A DNA stretch of 32,000 nt from Vibrio vulnificus CMCP6. GTDB taxonomy: Bacteria; Pseudomonadota; Gammaproteobacteria; Enterobacterales; Vibrionaceae. Made by a program: the position numbers and the translations under genes. The notes beneath the pieces were generated by a model that did no database searches, was not told the DNA's origin, and saw only the letters and a list, made by a program, of their open reading frames with translations. The stretch is from assembly GCF_000039765.1 (NCBI RefSeq), contig NC_004459.3, positions 2,601,127-2,633,126 on the forward strand, given 5' to 3'. Position 1 is the stretch's first letter; the number at the start of each line of letters is the position of its first letter. Of this stretch, positions 1 through 10,600 are shown piece by piece.

Positions 1-2
1 GC

Positions 3-206
3 CAACTCGACAAGCAATTTTCGTTACGACAGCCGGCCATTATCGATAGTTTTTCAGCCATAGGAGACAGCGAAAAAGAGTCTCAAGAGCTTTTTACTGT
101 CGAATACACCTATTTTGCTGAATCACTGGATTTCGAATGTGAGGTTTTATTTCTCATTGATAAACCTTCCGTTGGTATTATCTACGAAATTATGGAGTCA
201 CTATGA
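3..206 (+). CDS. C-terminal fragment of a protein, possibly CheC/CheX-type chemotaxis phosphatase-like (5' end outside window)
   Basis: Open frame from the window edge ending ...ECEVLFLIDKPSVGIIYEIMESL*, stop overlapping the ATG of the next gene (ATGA at 203-206). Family call is a guess from the short C-terminus. Confidence 0.4.
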   Translation, partial: QLDKQFSLRQPAIIDSFSAIGDSEKESQELFTVEYTYFAESLDFECEVLFLIDKPSVGIIYEIMESL

Positions 207-1165
207 ACTCTGATCTCACGTTAAATATCGCCGATTTTCACTGGGTGACGCAGATACTCGATACTATGGACTCTGGACTGGTGGTGATTGACCGCTCTTA
301 CAACGTCTGTGTTTGGAACAGCTTCATGCAATCCTATAGTGGCGTTATGTCTCAGACAATCTTGGGTAAGAATCTCTTTGAGTTTTTTTCTGATTTACCT
401 CGTACTTGGTTAGAAACTAAGGTCAATACCGCCGCAATATTGGAAACTCGCTCTTTCTCGAGTTGGGAAAACCGTCCTTATCTTTTCAAGTTTCATAACT
501 TTTCACCTGTTTCCAATGGCAGTACCTACATGTATCAGGATATTGTCATTACACCATTGCGCTCACTGTGTGGTGACGTTAGCCATGTCGCCATTCAAAT
601 TAATGACGTTTCTGAAATTGCACGCAGTAAAACGCATTTGAAAGAAACCAACCACCATCTATCAGAAATCAGCCGTCGCGATGGCTTAACGGGCCTGTTT
701 AACCGCGCCTTTTGGGAGCAGTCGCTCAAAGAAGAGTTTTCTCGGATGCAGTTTTTGGACACGCCGAGCTCTTTGGTCATTTTTGATATTGACCACTTTA
801 AAAAAGTCAACGATACCTATGGGCATCACGCAGGTGATGAGGTAATACGTAGGACCGCATCTTTACTGAAGAAAACCGCGAGAAACAGTGATCTGTGTGG
901 TCGATTTGGTGGCGAAGAGTTTACGGTTATGCTGCCTCATACCAGCGCTGATCAGGCGCGTTATTTTTCAGAGCGGTTACGAAAACGTATTGAGCAAGAA
1001 ATTGTTTGCGTGGAAAAATTTGCGATTAATTACACCATCAGTTTGGGTGTCTGTGAATTTGATGCAAAATTCACCTCTCATACTGAGTGGCTAAAAGCGG
1101 CAGACAGTGCGTTATATCACTCAAAAGAAGGGGGCAGGAACCAAACGACCGTTCATGAAGAGTGA
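203..1165 (+). CDS. PAS domain-containing GGDEF diguanylate cyclase
   Basis: N-terminal PAS-like region followed by DGLTGLFNR...D(I)DHFKKVNDTYGH...RFGGEEF, a canonical GGEEF active site. Confidence 0.93.
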   Translation: MNSDLTLNIADFHWVTQILDTMDSGLVVIDRSYNVCVWNSFMQSYSGVMSQTILGKNLFEFFSDLPRTWLETKVNTAAILETRSFSSWENRPYLFKFHNFSPVSNGSTYMYQDIVITPLRSLCGDVSHVAIQINDVSEIARSKTHLKETNHHLSEISRRDGLTGLFNRAFWEQSLKEEFSRMQFLDTPSSLVIFDIDHFKKVNDTYGHHAGDEVIRRTASLLKKTARNSDLCGRFGGEEFTVMLPHTSADQARYFSERLRKRIEQEIVCVEKFAINYTISLGVCEFDAKFTSHTEWLKAADSALYHSKEGGRNQTTVHEE

Positions 1166-1322
1166 TCTTTGTTCGCTTTTGGTGCAAAGTCCGCCATATA
1201 GTCAAATTCTGGCAATTATAATTGATTAAATGGATGAAATTTTCTCGACATGGCTTAGTATTAACAGAGAGAAAAAAGATGTAAGCTTACACAGTAAGTA
1301 AGCATTCAGACGGAGAAAAAGA

Positions 1323-1667
1323 GTGGTTGTTGAAACCGATGGATACTTAGCTCTTATTGAGCACCTTGCCTTAAATCTTGATGTATTCGCGTCTGACGTT
1401 GGCGATACGGGCACAGAAACCATTGAAGATGTGGTGACAGACATGATCGCCTCAAACATCATGGCGATTTTTGAACAGAACCCAGAGCTGCATTCTAGCG
1501 TTCGCTTTAAACTGTTAAAAGAAGCGGATTCAGTCGCAGAAGATCTAGGAGAAGTTCTGGCAGGGGTATGGCTCAAAAAAGCCACTAATGAACAGATCAA
1601 CTTTTTAGATGAGTATATTGCTTTAGTAAAAAATCTGTTCGATACCGCTGTAGCAAAATACGACTAA
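1323..1667 (+). CDS. Small conserved acidic protein, probably DUF3802 family
   Basis: 114 aa ORF with GTG start and upstream GGAG-like RBS (cggagaaaaa), followed by a strong bidirectional hairpin; family recalled from memory. Confidence 0.6.
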   Translation: MVVETDGYLALIEHLALNLDVFASDVGDTGTETIEDVVTDMIASNIMAIFEQNPELHSSVRFKLLKEADSVAEDLGEVLAGVWLKKATNEQINFLDEYIALVKNLFDTAVAKYD

Positions 1668-1709
1668 GCCGTAATATTCGCTGATTTGTTTTTAGTCCGC
1701 ACTATTCAT

Positions 1710-1736
1710 AAGAAGGGTTACATTGTAACCCTTCTT
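1710..1736. terminator. Bidirectional intrinsic terminator between convergent genes
   Basis: AAGAAGGGTTAC-ATT-GTAACCCTTCTT, perfect 12-bp stem with A/T tails. It overlaps the stop codon of the minus-strand gene. Confidence 0.8.
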
Positions 1737-2185
1737 ATTTGCCAAAACTTACTCGCCCAATATGGATTATCCGTTCTCGAAATGATGACCCCTTTTGAAG
1801 TGGACGCGTGCATGAACTGCTGGTGGTTGAGATAGATCCCCACGTGATAATCGGATTTCGTTGTTTTGAAGAATAGTAGATCGCCTTGTTGCCTCTCTTC
1901 CCAACGTATCGGTTGGGAAGCATTAAACTGTGCCAAGGTCGTTCTTGGTAGCGCTCGTTGATAGGCGTAGAGAAACGCTTGTTGTACAAAAGCAGAGCAA
2001 TCAATCCCTTCTTTAGTATTCCCACCAAACTGATAGGGCGTGCCATACCATTCGCCATAAAACGTTTTTAGCTCTCGGTTTTGTTCCCAAAGTGCTGCTG
2101 ATGTCTCTGGCGCTTTCGGGCTTTGGCTACAACCACTTAGCAACACAAAAATGGATATGATAATGAATCGGTTAAATTGAGCCAC
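1718..2185 (-). CDS. NlpC/P60 family lipoprotein (peptidoglycan endopeptidase)
   Basis: Lipobox-like LLSGC, then GTPYQFGGNTKEGIDCSAFVQ...SDYHVGIYL with the Cys/His catalytic arrangement of NlpC/P60. Confidence 0.9.
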   Translation of the reverse strand: MAQFNRFIIISIFVLLSGCSQSPKAPETSAALWEQNRELKTFYGEWYGTPYQFGGNTKEGIDCSAFVQQAFLYAYQRALPRTTLAQFNASQPIRWEERQQGDLLFFKTTKSDYHVGIYLNHQQFMHASTSKGVIISRTDNPYWASKFWQIRRVTM

Positions 2186-2266
2186 TTGTCATCTCGCTGT
2201 CTTATATTTGTCACGTAAGCGTCACAGCCATCTCATAGACTCACCCCCAATCACATACTGATTTCT

Positions 2267-4318
2267 GTGAATGGATTTACTGGTTTGTCTATGTCTTTCA
2301 ATAAACGCTACTCTTTGTCGCTGATCCAAATGATCAGTGGTTTATTCATTACTTTCCTTCTGTTTGTTGTTGCATTGTCGTCATCGAGTTACCGTGGTGT
2401 CAATCAAATCGGTGTACAGTTTGACACCTTATCAGAGCAAGCTCTCCCTTTAGCACTCAATAACGCCAAACTTACCCAAAGTATTCTCGAGCAAATAAAG
2501 TTACTCAATTACAGCTCAACGTTGGAAAGCGCAACAGAACTAGACGCGACGCGAGCTAGGATTGAACAGCTTAACGACACCATCGCTTTGTTGATCGCTC
2601 AAGTGACGGAAATGGGTGAGCGATTTGAACATGTTGTCACTAAAGACGAAAAAAAAAGCTTGCTTGAGAATGCCAGTCGCCTTCAACAACTGAGTTATCG
2701 AGTCATTGAGTCTCAAGTGCAGACGATCAGTGAGCAAGAGGATCTTGATAAAAGCATCTCCACCTTTCGCTATGGGCTAAGTTCAATTGGCCCTGAAATG
2801 ACACGTATCAGCTCTTTTCTCGCCATCGACAATCCTGAGTCACAGGATGCCTCTAACCGCTTTAGTGCGGGTGCAAGTTCAATGGAAAGTACGTTCTTGA
2901 TGTTGCTGATGCAACGTGATCTGGCGGGTGCAGAGAAAGAGTACCAAGAAATGAAAAACCGCATCGCCGGTATAGAATTAGCGTTTGACGACTTTAAAGA
3001 TTGGCACCCAGATGTCATGGAGTTTACAAGTCTCACTGCGCCATACAACATCGTGCTGGATGGCTTCAGAGCGAATGGCTTACTTTCTTTAGTGATGGCC
3101 AGGGTAGAGCGCCAACAAGCTCAGCAGTTCGATATCCAACAAGCGACCATGTTGTCCAATAACACGCTTAATTTGCTCAATGACATCTCCACCTCTTCGA
3201 TGGCACTTATCGACGATAGTGAACAGATTGTCCACCAAACGATCGAACGACTGGTCTCACTGCTTTTGATTGGCAGCGCGGTCGTTGCTATCGTCATTGT
3301 TATCGCTGGGATTCGTTTTCAAGCATGGGTCAACAGTGGCTTACGCAATACACTCGCTGGTTTGTCCGCAATGGCCGATAACGACTACCGAAATGACATT
3401 GTGTCAGCTGGGCCAAGAGAGCTGAAAGAAATCAGCATGAAACTTAATCAAGTGATCGCCTCGACACGATCATCGCTGAGTATCGTTACCAACAATTGTG
3501 AATCACTCTATCAAAGTGCAGAGACCAGCCATTACGCGGCTGAACACTCGAGTGCAAGTTTGGCCAATCAAAACGACTCCCTCGCCACCATTGCGACTAC
3601 CGTCGCGCAGTTGGAAGCATCCATCGACAGCATTGCGCAAATGACGTCGGCATCAAGCAATGATGCAAACGAGGCGGCGCAAAGCACAACGCATGGTGTC
3701 GATGTGGTCGAAGAGAGTTTAGCACGATTGGAATCACTGCAATTGACGCTCAATGTTAACGAAGAAGCGATGAGTGAGCTTGATCTGCGTGTAGATGCGA
3801 TACGCGAGATGGTCGACATGATCAGTGGTATTGCAGCCAATACTAACCTCCTTGCTCTGAATGCGGCGATTGAAGCTGCGAGAGCGGGCGAGCAGGGCAG
3901 AGGCTTTGCCGTAGTTGCCGATGAAGTCCGAAAACTTGCCAGTGATACTTCAAAGCAAACCAGTAATATTAGCGAAATGATCAGTGAACTGACGTTAGCG
4001 GCGGATAAGAGTCGCCATGCGGTTGAAGATTCGCGTAAAGGAATGTCACAAGCGCTGCTTTCAAGCGGTGAGGTTCGGTCTGCATTCTCTGATATCGCAC
4101 GGGTAGTACAACAGATCCGAGCGAGAGTTGAACAAATTACCCATGCCACTCAAGAGCAGCAGAGAGCAACCGTCGATGTGACTCGTGCCATTGTCCATAT
4201 CTCTGATCAAGGTGAGCAAACCCGCACACAATTGGAAGCGATGGTGGAGAGTTCGCACCAAGTATCGAGCATTGCCGCCAAACAACAAGAGATGCTGCAT
4301 AGCTACCAACTTGCGTGA
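2267..4318 (+). CDS. Methyl-accepting chemotaxis protein
   Basis: Two TM segments and the signalling hairpin core ([44 protein letters not shown]). Start may be the internal ATG at 2291. Confidence 0.95.
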   Translation: MNGFTGLSMSFNKRYSLSLIQMISGLFITFLLFVVALSSSSYRGVNQIGVQFDTLSEQALPLALNNAKLTQSILEQIKLLNYSSTLESATELDATRARIEQLNDTIALLIAQVTEMGERFEHVVTKDEKKSLLENASRLQQLSYRVIESQVQTISEQEDLDKSISTFRYGLSSIGPEMTRISSFLAIDNPESQDASNRFSAGASSMESTFLMLLMQRDLAGAEKEYQEMKNRIAGIELAFDDFKDWHPDVMEFTSLTAPYNIVLDGFRANGLLSLVMARVERQQAQQFDIQQATMLSNNTLNLLNDISTSSMALIDDSEQIVHQTIERLVSLLLIGSAVVAIVIVIAGIRFQAWVNSGLRNTLAGLSAMADNDYRNDIVSAGPRELKEISMKLNQVIASTRSSLSIVTNNCESLYQSAETSHYAAEHSSASLANQNDSLATIATTVAQLEASIDSIAQMTSASSNDANEAAQSTTHGVDVVEESLARLESLQLTLNVNEEAMSELDLRVDAIREMVDMISGIAANTNLLALNAAIEAARAGEQGRGFAVVADEVRKLASDTSKQTSNISEMISELTLAADKSRHAVEDSRKGMSQALLSSGEVRSAFSDIARVVQQIRARVEQITHATQEQQRATVDVTRAIVHISDQGEQTRTQLEAMVESSHQVSSIAAKQQEMLHSYQLA

Positions 4319-4341
4319 CGTTCCACCGTACTCTAGTGGAT

Positions 4342-5148
4342 TCAGAAATGGTTTCTAAACGGCTGGGTGAGCATCTTATCGAGCCGTTGTTCATTAGGAT
4401 TGCGAATCTCTGGAATGCCAATAACAACGCCTTCATGACCCGCTTTAGGTTGTTCACGATACGTATGGAAACAGCGGTCCCAAATAGACAGGAAGAAGCC
4501 AAAATTGGAATGGGTTTCCTTCACTTCAATGGAGTGATGCACTCTGTGCATATCTGGAGTCACGATCCACTTTCTTAACCAATGATCAACGGTTAAAGGC
4601 AGCTTGGCGTTACTGTGGTTAAACATCGCACTTACATTGAGGATGATTTCAAACACCACCACCGCGAGAGGTGATACGCCAAGTAAGCTGACAAACGTTA
4701 TTTTGATCACCATAGAGAGCAAGATCTCTATTGGATGAAAACGAGTTCCTGTCGTGACATCAATATCCAAATCAGCGTGGTGCATTCGATGTAATCGCCA
4801 CAGCGGTTTTATGCGATGGAACAGCAAATGCTGGCAATAGATAATGAAATCCAACAGCAATACCGACAATAGGATATTGACGATGTCGCTCAAACCGAGC
4901 AGATGGAAAAGGCCGAATTGATGCTGCCGGGCCAAGATTGCCGCTTGGAAAGCGACAATAGGAAGCAGTAACGCAACTAAAACACTATTAAGCAGCACAA
5001 GCGAGAGATTGTTCAGCCAGCGAAACGAGCGTGAAACTGTCCATGGTTTACGCGGCCGTTTATTCTCCCACAATAAACACAGCAGCAAGGTTCCAACAAA
5101 AAATCCCATGCGGATAAGAGACGGATCGGTCATGGCGGTTTGGTTCAT
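4342..5148 (-). CDS. Sterol desaturase / fatty acid hydroxylase family membrane protein
   Basis: His-box pattern HRIKPLWRLHRMHH, HRVHH, plus multiple hydrophobic segments. Confidence 0.88.
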   Translation of the reverse strand: MNQTAMTDPSLIRMGFFVGTLLLCLLWENKRPRKPWTVSRSFRWLNNLSLVLLNSVLVALLLPIVAFQAAILARQHQFGLFHLLGLSDIVNILLSVLLLDFIIYCQHLLFHRIKPLWRLHRMHHADLDIDVTTGTRFHPIEILLSMVIKITFVSLLGVSPLAVVVFEIILNVSAMFNHSNAKLPLTVDHWLRKWIVTPDMHRVHHSIEVKETHSNFGFFLSIWDRCFHTYREQPKAGHEGVVIGIPEIRNPNEQRLDKMLTQPFRNHF

Positions 5149-5184
5149 GGAATTTCCCTACCTGGTTATTGATACGGGTGACGG

Positions 5185-5214
5185 ACACGACAAGCCAGTG
5201 AGAGCTTGTCGTGT
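5185..5214. repeat. Perfect 11-bp inverted repeat in divergent intergenic region
   Basis: ACACGACAAGC-cagtgaga-GCTTGTCGTGT between the hydroxylase-family gene and the DTW-domain gene. Confidence 0.85.
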
Positions 5215-5265
5215 GAGAGAACTGCCGATAAAATCGTGCACCCATTTCTATAATTGATACACTTC

Positions 5266-6021
5266 ATGCGCATTCACGCTTTTCATCGGTTATATCAATA
5301 CCGTCAGTCGATCTCAACAAAACCTTTTCACGCTCGTGGCTGCAACATCAAGCGGTGTGTCTATTGCCAAGTGGTTGAAACGCACTGCCTGTGCAAGTTC
5401 CAACCAAATATAGAGACCGATGTAGCCTGCATGTTGATTGTGTCGGACAACGAAGTGTTTAAACCGAGCAATACTGGGCGTCTGATTGCTGACACGGTAA
5501 AAGAAACCTATGTCTATCAATGGAATCGAACCGAGCCAGATCCCCATATGCTGGCACTCCTCAATGATGCCAATTATCGACCAGTGATAGTCTTTCCCGC
5601 AGACTATGTCGACGATGCTTCACGTCTGATTGATATTGCAAAAGTTAGTCAGCAAACCCAAGCGAATGGCGACAAAGTGAAATGGCTGTTTGTGTTTCTC
5701 GATGGCAGTTGGCGTGAAGCGAGAAAAATCTTCCGACGTTCTGAATTTTTACAGTCTCTTCCCGTACTGTCTGTTTCCCCTGAGCGTGTCTCGGAATATC
5801 TGATGCGCCGCTCAGAGAATGAACAGCATCTATCGACAGTGGAAGTGGCATCATTGGTGTTGCAGCAAGCTGGGCAGCAAGAGGCCGCAGATTGCCTACA
5901 AGCGTGGTTTCAAACATTCAGAGAAAGTTATCTGCTCAGCAAAAGTCGTGGAAAAGGTGATGTCTCTCGCCCGGCCTTGCAACATTTCATCACCCATTAC
6001 AAAAGCGAGAGTTCACTCTAA
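5266..6021 (+). CDS. DTW domain-containing protein, TapT-like tRNA-uridine aminocarboxypropyltransferase
   Basis: N-terminal Cys cluster CVYCQVVETHCLC and the core motif region VFLDGSWREARKIFRRS. The track ORF starts at TTG 5254; ATG at 5266 is preferred. Confidence 0.75.
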   Translation: MRIHAFHRLYQYRQSISTKPFHARGCNIKRCVYCQVVETHCLCKFQPNIETDVACMLIVSDNEVFKPSNTGRLIADTVKETYVYQWNRTEPDPHMLALLNDANYRPVIVFPADYVDDASRLIDIAKVSQQTQANGDKVKWLFVFLDGSWREARKIFRRSEFLQSLPVLSVSPERVSEYLMRRSENEQHLSTVEVASLVLQQAGQQEAADCLQAWFQTFRESYLLSKSRGKGDVSRPALQHFITHYKSESSL

Positions 6022-6196
6022 GCTTTGCAATTCGGTTGCTGGCAACTTGCGCAAACAGAAGTCATGAAAAGATAAATCCTGCCTGTGTCACGGTTTGCAG
6101 GCGTAGAGATATGGATAATGGCGCTAGTTTTTATAATTTACGCTTATTTTAGGGGCTCATTTTTGGCTCCATGCAGCAATTTCAGGAGAGAAATTC

Positions 6197-7108
6197 ATGT
6201 ATTACGGCTTTGATGTTGGTGGCACTAAAATCGAATTTGGTGCGTTTAACGAAAAACTAGAGCGCGTGGCAACAGAGCGTGTTCCGACACCAACCGACGA
6301 TTATCCGTTATTGTTAGAAACCATCGCAGGTCTTGTCGCAAAATATGACCAAGAGTTCGCTTGTGAAGGCAAAATTGGCCTTGGTTTACCAGGCATGGAA
6401 GACGCTGACGATGCAACGGTACTGACGGTTAACGTACCTGCGGCAAAAGGCAAGCCGTTACGTGCGGATCTGGAAGCCAAAATTGGTCGTAGCGTAAAAA
6501 TTGAAAACGATGCGAACTGTTTTGCACTCTCTGAAGCATGGGATGAAGAATTGCAAGACGCGCCATCAGTGATGGGGTTGATCTTAGGTACGGGCTTTGG
6601 TGGCGGTTTGATCTACGAAGGCAAAGTCTTCTCAGGTCGCAATAACGTTGCTGGTGAGCTTGGTCACATGCGCTTGCCATTGGATGCATGGTTCCATTTA
6701 GGCGACAACGCGCCGCTGCTAGGTTGTGGCTGTGGTAAAAAAGGCTGTTTAGACAGTTACCTTTCTGGCCGTGGTTTTGAATTACTTTACGCGCATTACT
6801 ACGGTGAAGAGAAGAAAGCCATCGACATCATCAAGGCCAACGCAGCAGGCGATGAGAAAGCTGCTGAGCATGTCGAACGTTTTATGGAACTTCTTGCGAT
6901 CTGTTTTGGTAACATCTTCACCGCGAATGACCCACACGTTGTTGCTCTCGGTGGTGGCTTGTCGAACTTTGAACTGATTTATGAAGAGATGCCAAAGCGT
7001 GTGCCTAAGTATCTGCTTTCTGTCGCTAAGTGTCCTAAGATCATCAAAGCAAAACACGGCGATTCAGGCGGTGTACGTGGTGCAGCGTTCTTGAACATCA
7101 AAGGCTAA
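6197..7108 (+). CDS. nagK: N-acetylglucosamine kinase (ROK family)
   Basis: [29 protein letters not shown] zinc motif [17 protein letters not shown]; length typical of NagK. Confidence 0.9.
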   Translation: MYYGFDVGGTKIEFGAFNEKLERVATERVPTPTDDYPLLLETIAGLVAKYDQEFACEGKIGLGLPGMEDADDATVLTVNVPAAKGKPLRADLEAKIGRSVKIENDANCFALSEAWDEELQDAPSVMGLILGTGFGGGLIYEGKVFSGRNNVAGELGHMRLPLDAWFHLGDNAPLLGCGCGKKGCLDSYLSGRGFELLYAHYYGEEKKAIDIIKANAAGDEKAAEHVERFMELLAICFGNIFTANDPHVVALGGGLSNFELIYEEMPKRVPKYLLSVAKCPKIIKAKHGDSGGVRGAAFLNIKG

Positions 7109-7131
7109 TGCGCTGCAAAAAACCTTGATGA

Positions 7132-7158
7132 AAAAGGCTTGCATCATGCAAGCCTTTT
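7132..7158 (+). terminator. Intrinsic terminator downstream of nagK
   Basis: AAAAGGCTTGCAT-C-ATGCAAGCCTTTT hairpin followed by T-rich sequence. Confidence 0.85.
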
Positions 7159-7202
7159 CTTTTAGACCCATTCCATCACGGGAAATACGCAAGCAAAGCG
7201 AA

Positions 7203-7469
7203 CTACTTATTCTTCTTACCTACGCCTAGGTTCTCTTTCTGTTTCATCGTGATCACGCCAAAGCCAAGCTTTTTAAAGTGATTGTCACGGTAGTTGCGCA
7301 CGGCTTTCGTATCAGAAATCGCTTCAATTTGCTGTTCCATTTTCAGATAGTCGCGAATATCAATTCCTTCCGCTTCTGCAACCGCTTCATGAATATTACG
7401 GTGTTTTTCGTAAGAAAATGGCAAAGTTTTTTCAACACCTTTATAGGTGTAAATAATGGTACGAATCAT
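7203..7469 (-). CDS. Small conserved hypothetical protein, probably DUF2960 family
   Basis: 88 aa from the ATG at 7469 (the track ORF uses upstream TTG 7481). Family call is from memory. Confidence 0.5.
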   Translation of the reverse strand: MIRTIIYTYKGVEKTLPFSYEKHRNIHEAVAEAEGIDIRDYLKMEQQIEAISDTKAVRNYRDNHFKKLGFGVITMKQKENLGVGKKNK

Positions 7470-7532
7470 GAAATCTCTCAAAATAAAAGGCCAGACGCGC
7501 TGACCTTGTATCTGTTTCTAACAACAACAGGG

Positions 7533-9311
7533 CTAGATTCTGCCTTGAAGTGGAATAATTGTCACGCTTTCTCCCGTTTTTACGCTATCCACCGCGGGAG
7601 AAATTTCAATCAAGCAGTTGGCTTCACTCATCGAACGCAAAATGCCAGAGCCTTGTTTCCCAGTCGTGCGAACGGTTAGGCGGCCAGTTTCATCCAATTC
7701 ATAGACACCACGGCTAAACTCCGTGCGGCCTTGGCGAGAACGCAAATCTTCTTTGGCAATCGCACTGACTTTCAATGGCTTCCAGCCTAGCTCGCCTTGC
7801 ATTTTACGTACCGCAGGCTCAACAAAGTTGATGAATGATACCATCACGGCAACAGGGTTGCCCGGCAGGCCAAAAAACGGTTTTTCATTGATCTGACCAA
7901 ATGCTAATGGGCGCCCAGGACGCATATTGATGCGCCAGAAATCAATTTGTCCGAGCTTGTCGAGAGCCAGTTTGATGTAGTCGGCATCGCCAACGGACAC
8001 GCCACCCGAAGTAATGACCACATCCGCTTGCTGCGCTGCGCTTTCTAGTGCGTCGATCATCGATTGCTCGTTGTCTTCTAGAATGCCGAAGTCCAAGATG
8101 TCACAGCCGAGCTTCTCAAGCATGCCCATAATGGTAAAACGGTTTGAATCGTAGATAGAGTTCGCTTTCTGTTCTGTACCAGGCGCTTGAACTTCGTCGC
8201 CGGTGGAGAAGACTGCCACTTTCAACTTACGTAATACATTGGCTTGTGCAAAACCAAGAGAAGCCATCATGCCCATTTCAGGTGAGGCGAGGCGAGTCCC
8301 TGCGGTAAACACGCTACTGCCGATGGTTAAGTCTTCACCCGCTTGGCGTACGTTTTGTCCGGCTTTGATGTTGGCACCATTGAAAGTGACCTTGTCACCG
8401 TCTTGATGCGCTTGCTCACGCATGACCACCGTATCTCCGTTGATGGGCGTTGGCGCACCGGTCATGATTTTGACCGCTTGCCCCAATTCTAACAGGTGTT
8501 CGTAGTGGTAACCGGCCAGCACTTCAGCCACGATCTGGTAACTTTCTCGCTGTAAGTCATCACTTCGAATGGCGTATCCATCCATCGCTGAGTTGGTGTA
8601 TTGCGGTACATTCACCGGAGAAATCACGTCGTGAGCCAGCACGCGCCCATAGGTGTGTTGTATCGGGCACGATTCAATATCACCCACAGTAGAGACGAGG
8701 GAGAGAATTTTCTCTTGCCCTTGGGCAACAGAAAGAAACGCCGGAGAAAGCGTATCGCAACATGCGGCAGGTGCATTTTGCGTGGCCACTTGCTGATGTT
8801 GGTGAACATAATCGAGGACAAATTGGCAAATCGCATCCAGATCATTGATGTTGAGTTGGGGCAGTGCGCTTTCTAACGGGCCACTGTCTGAAGCGATGGC
8901 AATAATGTTCTCATCATTAGGGTACAACCACGGTTTTCCGACTTCTTCACGATGCAATTCGATTTTGGGAAACGCAATGTTCTTGCAGCCTTCGACCAAA
9001 ATGACGTCAATCGTTTGCTGATCAAAGCGGCTAAGCAGGTAATCAAATTCCGATTCAGCCTCAGGGGTTTCTGTCATCAAGGCAAAACGATTTCTCGAAG
9101 CAATCAGCATTTGTGAGGCACCCGCTTTGCGTAAGCGGTAGCTGTCTTTACCTGGTTTATCGACGTCAAAATCATGATGAGCGTGTTTCAGTAACCCAAT
9201 TCGCAGACCTGCTGCGGTCAATTTTGGCAACAAGGCTTCCAGTAGGGTGGTTTTTCCTGTGCCTGAATAAGCAGCAAAGCCAAGTAAAGGCAAAGTGATG
9301 GTGTTTCTCAT
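7533..9311 (-). CDS. mobB-moeA: Fused molybdopterin-guanine dinucleotide biosynthesis adaptor MobB / molybdopterin molybdenumtransferase MoeA
   Basis: N-terminal MobB P-loop [17 protein letters not shown]...[13 protein letters not shown]; C-terminal MoeA motifs [65 protein letters not shown]. Confidence 0.93.
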
Positions 9312-9895
9312 GATTCTAGTTGTCCAAATTGGGTGAGTTCTTCAGGCGTGTTGAGGTTGACGAAACAGTCTGGAGAATCACTAAAATCCACATACTGTGT
9401 GTGACACTCTTTGTAGAGTAAGATGATTTTACGGTCACCGCGTTCTAAAAACGCCGTCAGTTTAGGCAAAACACGTTTGTGATACAGGGTAAAAACAGGT
9501 TGCTGATGATTGCCATCATGGGCAACCAAAATGTCGGTTTCATCCGTCACAGCACGACAAAAGCGCTCCACCAAGTCTTCATTGATACGGGGGCAGTCAC
9601 AAGGAACAAAACCAACCCAATCGGTACTCGCGTGCAGTAATCCGGCATGAATGCCGCCCATAGGACCAGGGAAATTTTGAAAATGATCGCCAAACACGGG
9701 ACCATATTGTTGGTAATCATCCTGATTGCGGTTGGCATTGATCAGAATGTTTGAAGTTTGCGGCGTTAGCCGGTCAATGACGTACTCAATCAACGGCTTA
9801 TTATTTAAGGCGATTAAGCCTTTGTCTTTACCGCCCATTCGGCTAGCTTGGCCGCCAGCTAAAATAACCCAACTAGTGAGTGTTGGTTGTAGCAT
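9308..9895 (-). CDS. mobA: Molybdenum cofactor guanylyltransferase MobA
   Basis: [20 protein letters not shown] nucleotidyltransferase signature. Track start is 9931; the ATG at 9895 ([15 protein letters not shown]) fits the family better. Stop overlaps the start of mobB-moeA by 4 nt. Confidence 0.92.
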
Positions 9896-10592
9896 AGGTA
9901 TTCTCTTGGGATAACTCTTTTGTAATGACATACAAGAGTGGCGACTCTACCAGAGTATTGTTTTTGATCCACCACTGTTTTTTACACAAATCGGTAAGCG
10001 CGTTGGTTTGATGGCTCGTGACCACAATGCTGGAACCTCTCGCTAATAAATCTTGCGCTAACACCACTAAACGCTCGATCGACTCTTGATCAACCGACGC
10101 GCTGGGTTCATCCATCAGCAAGATTGAAGGTTTTAGGATCCAAGCCCTGGCCATCGCAACCCGTTGACGCTCACCACCAGACAGCACAGACACATGCTCA
10201 TCGGCTAAGGTTTCTAAGCCTACCATACGCAGCGCGTGAATCACTTCGGCTCGTTTCTCCTTTGTGCTGCCACCATCATATTTGATGCCGTAAAGGACAT
10301 TTTCATAGACGGAACCATCAAAAAGATAAGGGGACTGATGAAGATAAACAACATCACGACGGCCCAATGAAGGAAACCAGTGGCGAAGCCAGCCATTATT
10401 TTGCGCACACACTTTACCGCTCGTCGGATGCACCAAACCAGCCAAGATCTTCAACAAGGTCGTTTTGCCTACACCATTGTCCCCCTTGAGGTAAATGGCA
10501 TCGTTAGGGCCGATTTGAAGTTGAGGAATGTGAAACAGCACTCGCTCTTTAAAGCGCATGGAAAGATCTCGAGCGGTAATTTTAATCGTCAT
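9873..10592 (-). CDS. tupC: Tungstate/molybdate ABC transporter ATP-binding protein (TupC-like)
   Basis: [14 protein letters not shown]..., Walker [12 protein letters not shown], signature LSGGERQR, Walker [11 protein letters not shown]. The protein is encoded on the MINUS strand: the reverse complement of 10592 downward reads ATGACGATTAAAATTACCGCTCGAGAT. The track's + label and its 127-aa N-terminal extension (TTG at 10973) are not supported. Confidence 0.93.
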
Positions 10593-10600
10593 ATCACTTC

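Noticed and set aside
1280-1291. 12-bp palindrome TGTAAGCTTACA upstream of the DUF3802-like gene
   Set aside because: Short, isolated, and without a second copy or recognisable regulator; could easily be chance.
1226-1600. 124-aa antisense ORF over the DUF3802-like gene
   Set aside because: The plus-strand ORF has acidic, helical, protein-like composition and RBS; the antisense does not.
3568-4149. Antisense ORF of 193 aa opposite the first chemoreceptor
   Set aside because: Low-complexity Ser/Ala/Leu-rich translation, typical of the reverse strand of an MCP signalling domain; no domain features.
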